NCBI GenBank assembly: GCA_041567315.1
Contig: JBFGCA010000009.1
Coordinates: forward strand, 339-64,338
DNA: 64,000 nt
Reading direction: 5' to 3'
From: Thermoanaerobaculia bacterium
GTDB taxonomy: Bacteria > Acidobacteriota > Thermoanaerobaculia > Multivoradales > JAHEKO01
Part shown: positions 58,803-64,000 of the stretch, piece after piece
Position numbering within the stretch: the stretch's first letter is position 1
How the letters are laid out: the number at the start of each line of letters is the position of its first letter
Position numbers and translations under genes: made by a program
The notes under the pieces: generated by a model
What the model was told of the DNA's origin: nothing
What the model saw: only the letters and a program-made list of their open reading frames with translations
Databases searched by the model: none

Positions 58803-59944
58803 CGGCGCCCGCAACGGCCCCGCCGCCCCATCGCCGCGTGCCGCAGGAGGCCGGTCTCGACGAGCTCGCAGCCGCCCTCGAGCGCGCACCTCGCCACGCC
58901 CTCGACAGCGAGTCCAACTCCGGGTTCGCCTACCGCGAGCGGCTCTGCCTGCTGCAGCTCAACGTGGGCGGCGAGCTGTGGCTGGTCGACCTGCCGGCAC
59001 TGCCCGTCGCCGCCGATGGCACGAGCCACGCGCTCGACCGGCTGCGGCCGGTTCTCGAGAGCCCGGAGCGCCGGACGATCCTCCACGGCGGCGAGTTCGA
59101 CGTCGGCTGTCTGAAACGCGACTACGGCCTCGCACTGCGGGGCGTCTGGGACACCCAGCAGGCGGCCCGATTGCTGGGCTGGCAGAAGACCGGCTACGCG
59201 GCGCTGGTCGAGAAGCTGTGCGGCGTGGCGCTCGCCAAGGGCTTCTCGCCTTACGACTGGGCGCGGCGACCGCTGCCCGAGCGGGCGCTGGCCTACGCGC
59301 TCGACGACGTCCGCTACCTGCCCCGGGTCCAGCAGGAGATCGCCACCGCGATCGCCGCCGCCGACCTGGAAGAGGAGCTGGCGATCGCCAACGCCACGGT
59401 CGAGACCGCCGAGTGGAGCGGCGGCTTCGATCCCGCGGCGCTCTGGCGCCTCAAGGGGGCGGGCGGTCTGCCGCGCCCGGCGCTCGCCGTGCTCACGGTC
59501 CTCCTGGCCTGGCGTGACCGCCTGGGGAAGCACCTCGACCTGCCCCCCGGTCGGGTGATCAACCACCGTCTGCTGCTGGCCCTGTCGCGCACCCCGCCGG
59601 CCGACGAGGCCGGCCTGCGGCGGGCCGGCCTGCGCGGCCGGCGCCTGGCCCGGCACGGTCGCGAGCTGCTGGAGGTCCTGCGCTCCGCCCGGCGCGACCC
59701 GCCGCCGATCCCCGAGCCGCCCGCCCGCGAGCGCCTCCCCCCCGCGGTCCGCCACCGCCGCGACCGCCTCAAGGAATGGCGCCGCCAGGAAGCGGCCCGC
59801 CGCGGCCTCCCCGAACAGACCGTTCTTCCGGCTGCCGCCCTCGAGCACCTCGCCCGCCACGGGGCCGGCGACCTCGCGGCCGTCCCGCAGCTCGGCGCCA
59901 AGCGCGCCCGGCTCTATGGCGCGCAGCTGGCCGAGCTGTGCTAG
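58799..59944 (+). CDS. rnd: ribonuclease D (DEDDy 3'-5' exonuclease + HRDC)
   Basis: GTG start overlapping the previous stop (GTGA). ALDSESNSGFAYRERLCLLQLNVGGELWLVD (Exo I), HGGEFDV (Exo II), YALDDVRYL (Exo III) and a C-terminal HRDC-like region. Confidence 0.8.
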   Translation: MTAPATAPPPHRRVPQEAGLDELAAALERAPRHALDSESNSGFAYRERLCLLQLNVGGELWLVDLPALPVAADGTSHALDRLRPVLESPERRTILHGGEFDVGCLKRDYGLALRGVWDTQQAARLLGWQKTGYAALVEKLCGVALAKGFSPYDWARRPLPERALAYALDDVRYLPRVQQEIATAIAAADLEEELAIANATVETAEWSGGFDPAALWRLKGAGGLPRPALAVLTVLLAWRDRLGKHLDLPPGRVINHRLLLALSRTPPADEAGLRRAGLRGRRLARHGRELLEVLRSARRDPPPIPEPPARERLPPAVRHRRDRLKEWRRQEAARRGLPEQTVLPAAALEHLARHGAGDLAAVPQLGAKRARLYGAQLAELC

Positions 59945-60122
59945 CCCCCCACGCCTTCGCGGCCCACTCGTTCGCGGTAGCGCGCCCCACCCCGACGGAC
60001 GGCGCGGCCCGCGCCGCCGGTCTCGATAATCGGAAGGTGACGTCTTTCCGGGTCGCCGCGGCCCGGGCTGTGGTTCTGTTCCATTCGACGCGCCTCTCGC
60101 GCGCTCCAACCAGGAGGCCGCC

Positions 60123-61457
<1,335 letters not shown>

Positions 61458-61461
61458 GGAT

Positions 61462-61482
61462 GGCCGCCGCCCATCGGCGGCC
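61462..61482 (+). terminator. terminator-like hairpin after gltA
   Basis: GGCCGCCG-CCCAT-CGGCGGCC, 5 nt after the stop. Weak U tract. Confidence 0.4.
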
Positions 61483-61488
61483 TAGTGT

Positions 61489-61643
61489 CCCGTGGTGGAA
61501 GTCTGCCCGCCCGTCTGGCGGCGGGGCGTAGCCGTCTGCGGCGTTGCCGCTCCTCGACAATGGCCCGGCATTGCCTGCGTCGCGTCGCCTGGCATCCGGC
61601 CCCGCCGCGCTCGCCAGTCGACCCGACCGACTTCCACCACGGG
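61489..61643. repeat. 155-bp segment bounded by perfect 15-bp inverted repeats (CCCGTGGTGGAAGTC ... GACTTCCACCACGGG); MITE-like or long structured element
   Basis: Left arm 61489-61503 and right arm 61629-61643 are exact reverse complements. Located between the convergent gltA and ABC permease genes. Confidence 0.5.
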
Positions 61644-61646
61644 CTG

Positions 61647-64000
61647 CTAGGCCTCGGCCTTGAGGACGGGGAGCAGGGGGGCACGGAGCGCCGCGGCCAC
61701 GGCGCCGGCGCTGGCCAGGAGGCCGGCGGCGGCGACCAGGCCGAGGGTGGCGGCGAGCGAGGCCCAGGGGACGCGGATGCTGGCGGCCAGCAGGTTGGGG
61801 AGGACCGCCAGGAGCCCCGCCGCGGCGCCGATGGCGAGACCGGCGATCAGCAGCCAGGCGTTCTCGGCCACCACCAGCCAGCCGAGGGTGCTGCGGCGGA
61901 AGCCGAAGGCGCGGAGCGTCGCCAGCTCGCCGCGCCGCTCAACGACGTTGCGGATCAGCACCACCCCCAGGCCGAGAGTGCCGAGCAGCAGGCCGAGGCC
62001 GCCCAGCGCCTGGAAGGTGGTGAGGTACATCTCCTCGACCTCGTGGTAGCGGGCCAGGAGCTCGGCGGCCGGGGTGGCGTCGAGCCCGAAGCGCGCCAGC
62101 CGCTCCTCGAGCAGATGGCCGAGCGCCTCGGTGCCCTCGAGGGGGGCCTCGGCCAGGAAATAGCCGAAGCCGGCGCTGTCGGGGAAGTGCTCCAGGAAGG
62201 CCTGCTCGGAGATCAGCAGCTCGCTCTGGAAGATGCTGGCCTCGAGCAGGCCCACCAGCCGCAGGCGGACCGGCCGGCCGCGGTCGTCGGTCAGCTCCAG
62301 CTCGTCGCCGAGACCCAGGTGGAGGATCCAGCGCACCGAGTTGTAGTCGCCGACCGCGGGGATGACGCCCGGCTCGAGCGGCTCGTGGAGCAGCGTCCAC
62401 GGGTTGTCGCGGCGCTCGGCGGCGCTGCGGAAGCGGAAGCCGCCGCGGTCCAGGAAGTCGTCGGGCAGGCCCAACAGGCGCGGCTCGGTCGGCCGGTAGA
62501 GGTTGAGACAGCTGGCGTCCTCGCCCGGCCGGAGCCGCAGCGAGTGGATCTCCGCGGCGGCGACCTGCCGCCGCTCGTCGGCGTCGAAGCCCCAGTCGGC
62601 CGCCGCCGTCAGCGGGGCGGGCAGCGGTACGTCGGACTCGCCGACCAGCGTGAAGCCCCCGGTCCCCGAGTCTCGCCCCAGCTCCTCGGCCCGCACCTGG
62701 CGGCGGTTGGCGCCGACGCTGACCAGCACGAAGGTGGCGCTCGCCACCAGGGCGACGCACAGCAGGCTGCGGCCCGGGTGGCGGGCGCCGTCGCGGGCCG
62801 CCATCTCGAGGAGCGCCAGCCGACCGCCGCCGAGCTCGCCGCCGGCGCGCCGGTTCCACAGGGCGAAGAAGCCCAGCCCCGAGACCAGCAGTGCGGCGCC
62901 GACCCCGAAGAACAGCCCGGCGGCGGCGCCGTCCCGACCGGCGACGGCGGCTGCCGACAGCCCCGCCGCCAGCCCGGCCCCGCCCCAGGCGACCCAGCGT
63001 GCGCGCCGCGACGGCGCGACCGGGAGGCGGTCCTCGGTCACCCCGGCCAGCAGCTCGCGGGGCGGCCGGCGTCCCAGCCGGCGGACCGCCCGGTGCAGCG
63101 CGAAGAGCACCACCGCGAGCGACAGGGTGGCGCCCAGCAGCAGCGTGCCGGGCGCCAGCTGTAGGGTGAGGAACGGCGAGTCGACGACCGGTGCCCACCA
63201 GCCGGCGAGCGCCCCGAGCACCGCCCGGGCGTAGAGCGCCGCCAGACCGATCCCGGCCAGGCATCCGACCAGGGCCAGCGCCGCGCCTTCGGCGATCAGC
63301 CGCCGCCGCACCGCGGCCGGCGGGAACCCCACCGCCAGCCGCAGGCCCAGCTCGCGGACCCGCTGCTCGACCGCCAGCCGGAAGAGCAGCGCTGCCAGCA
63401 GCGCCGCTGCCACGATCAGGAACAGGCTGAAGCCGATGAAGAGACCGCCGAAGTCGGTGCTGCCCGCGGCGGCCTCGAGACCGCGCTCGCGGAGCGGCAG
63501 CACCTCGAAGCCGAGCGCCGCCAGGGCCGGTCCTTCGCGGAGCGCCCGCGCGAGCCCGGTGGCCGCATCCTCGCCGCCGGCCGCTCGTGCGCCGACCAAC
63601 CGGATCGAGGTGGTGTCTCCGAAGCGGCTGCTCCACAGCCGGCGGGCGGTGTCGAGCGACACCAGCGCCTTGGGCGCCGCCCGGTGGCGGTCCCAGTACT
63701 CCTCGTCGCGAGGGCGGACGAGCCCCAGGTCGACCGGAAACGGCGGGTCCCAGGCCGCCATGTCGGCAGCGTCCGAGACGCCTGGCACCTCGGGGGTGAG
63801 CGCGGGGTCGGCCCCCGGGCCCTCCATCGCCACCACTCCGGCGACCCGGAATTCCCGGCTCTCGACCTGCAGCTCGTCGCGCGGCCCGACCACGAAGTAG
63901 TCCATCCGGAGCCGATCCCCGGGGCGGGCCGCCAGGTCCTCGGCCGCCCAGGCGTTGAGCAAAATCTCGTCCTCCGCGAGCGGGGTGCGGAGCGCGGCCC
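61647..64000 (-). CDS. ABC transporter permease with two FtsX-like domains (MacB/DevC-type), 5'-partial: N-terminus lies beyond the window end
   Basis: Two FtsX 4-TM modules and a periplasmic domain. The reading frame is open through 64000; the M at 63962 is an internal TTG. Confidence 0.75.
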   Translation of the reverse strand, partial: AALRTPLAEDEILLNAWAAEDLAARPGDRLRMDYFVVGPRDELQVESREFRVAGVVAMEGPGADPALTPEVPGVSDAADMAAWDPPFPVDLGLVRPRDEEYWDRHRAAPKALVSLDTARRLWSSRFGDTTSIRLVGARAAGGEDAATGLARALREGPALAALGFEVLPLRERGLEAAAGSTDFGGLFIGFSLFLIVAAALLAALLFRLAVEQRVRELGLRLAVGFPPAAVRRRLIAEGAALALVGCLAGIGLAALYARAVLGALAGWWAPVVDSPFLTLQLAPGTLLLGATLSLAVVLFALHRAVRRLGRRPPRELLAGVTEDRLPVAPSRRARWVAWGGAGLAAGLSAAAVAGRDGAAAGLFFGVGAALLVSGLGFFALWNRRAGGELGGGRLALLEMAARDGARHPGRSLLCVALVASATFVLVSVGANRRQVRAEELGRDSGTGGFTLVGESDVPLPAPLTAAADWGFDADERRQVAAAEIHSLRLRPGEDASCLNLYRPTEPRLLGLPDDFLDRGGFRFRSAAERRDNPWTLLHEPLEPGVIPAVGDYNSVRWILHLGLGDELELTDDRGRPVRLRLVGLLEASIFQSELLISEQAFLEHFPDSAGFGYFLAEAPLEGTEALGHLLEERLARFGLDATPAAELLARYHEVEEMYLTTFQALGGLGLLLGTLGLGVVLIRNVVERRGELATLRAFGFRRSTLGWLVVAENAWLLIAGLAIGAAAGLLAVLPNLLAASIRVPWASLAATLGLVAAAGLLASAGAVAAALRAPLLPVLKAEA

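Overview
High-GC (roughly 70%) bacterial chromosomal segment with about 52 protein-coding genes on both strands and short intergenic spacers. I recognised no rRNA, tRNA or CRISPR array. Several families present here (DUF1820, DUF3014, a Cds6-like NTF2 C-terminus, TAXI-TRAP, an HU paralog, imuA-imuB) are ones I associate with Gammaproteobacteria of the Xanthomonadales/Chromatiales type. That taxonomic placement is inference from memory, not a search. Recognisable housekeeping genes: gcvP, gltA (citrate synthase), rnd (RNase D), an RNase E/G-family nuclease with a Zn-link motif, HU, a CspA-family cold-shock protein, an FKBP-type PPIase and an aldo/keto reductase. Envelope and transport: a TonB-dependent receptor, an RND adaptor plus pump, a TAXI-TRAP transporter, MscS, a CPA1 antiporter with an RCK tail, and an outer-membrane barrel protein. 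Peptidases: two-domain M16, M23 and M28. Other modules: an imuA-imuB SOS-mutagenesis cassette, a vapBC toxin-antitoxin pair, and a three-gene signalling operon (GAF-GGDEF*-EAL, FHA-EAL, Cache-like sensor Ser/Thr kinase). The least-explained content is: (i) that signalling operon; (ii) two paralogous ~575-aa secreted proteins sharing a conserved C-terminal tail (DGFESGDxSSWSxSVP) on either side of the cold-shock gene; (iii) an 11-bp tandem direct repeat inside a near-consensus sigma70 promoter in front of imuA; (iv) a 155-bp segment bounded by perfect 15-bp inverted repeats downstream of gltA; (v) a triplicated 30-bp unit inside a YdjM-like gene. The supplied ORF track marks GTG/TTG starts as M. 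Many long ORFs in that track are off-frame artefacts of high GC and were discarded.
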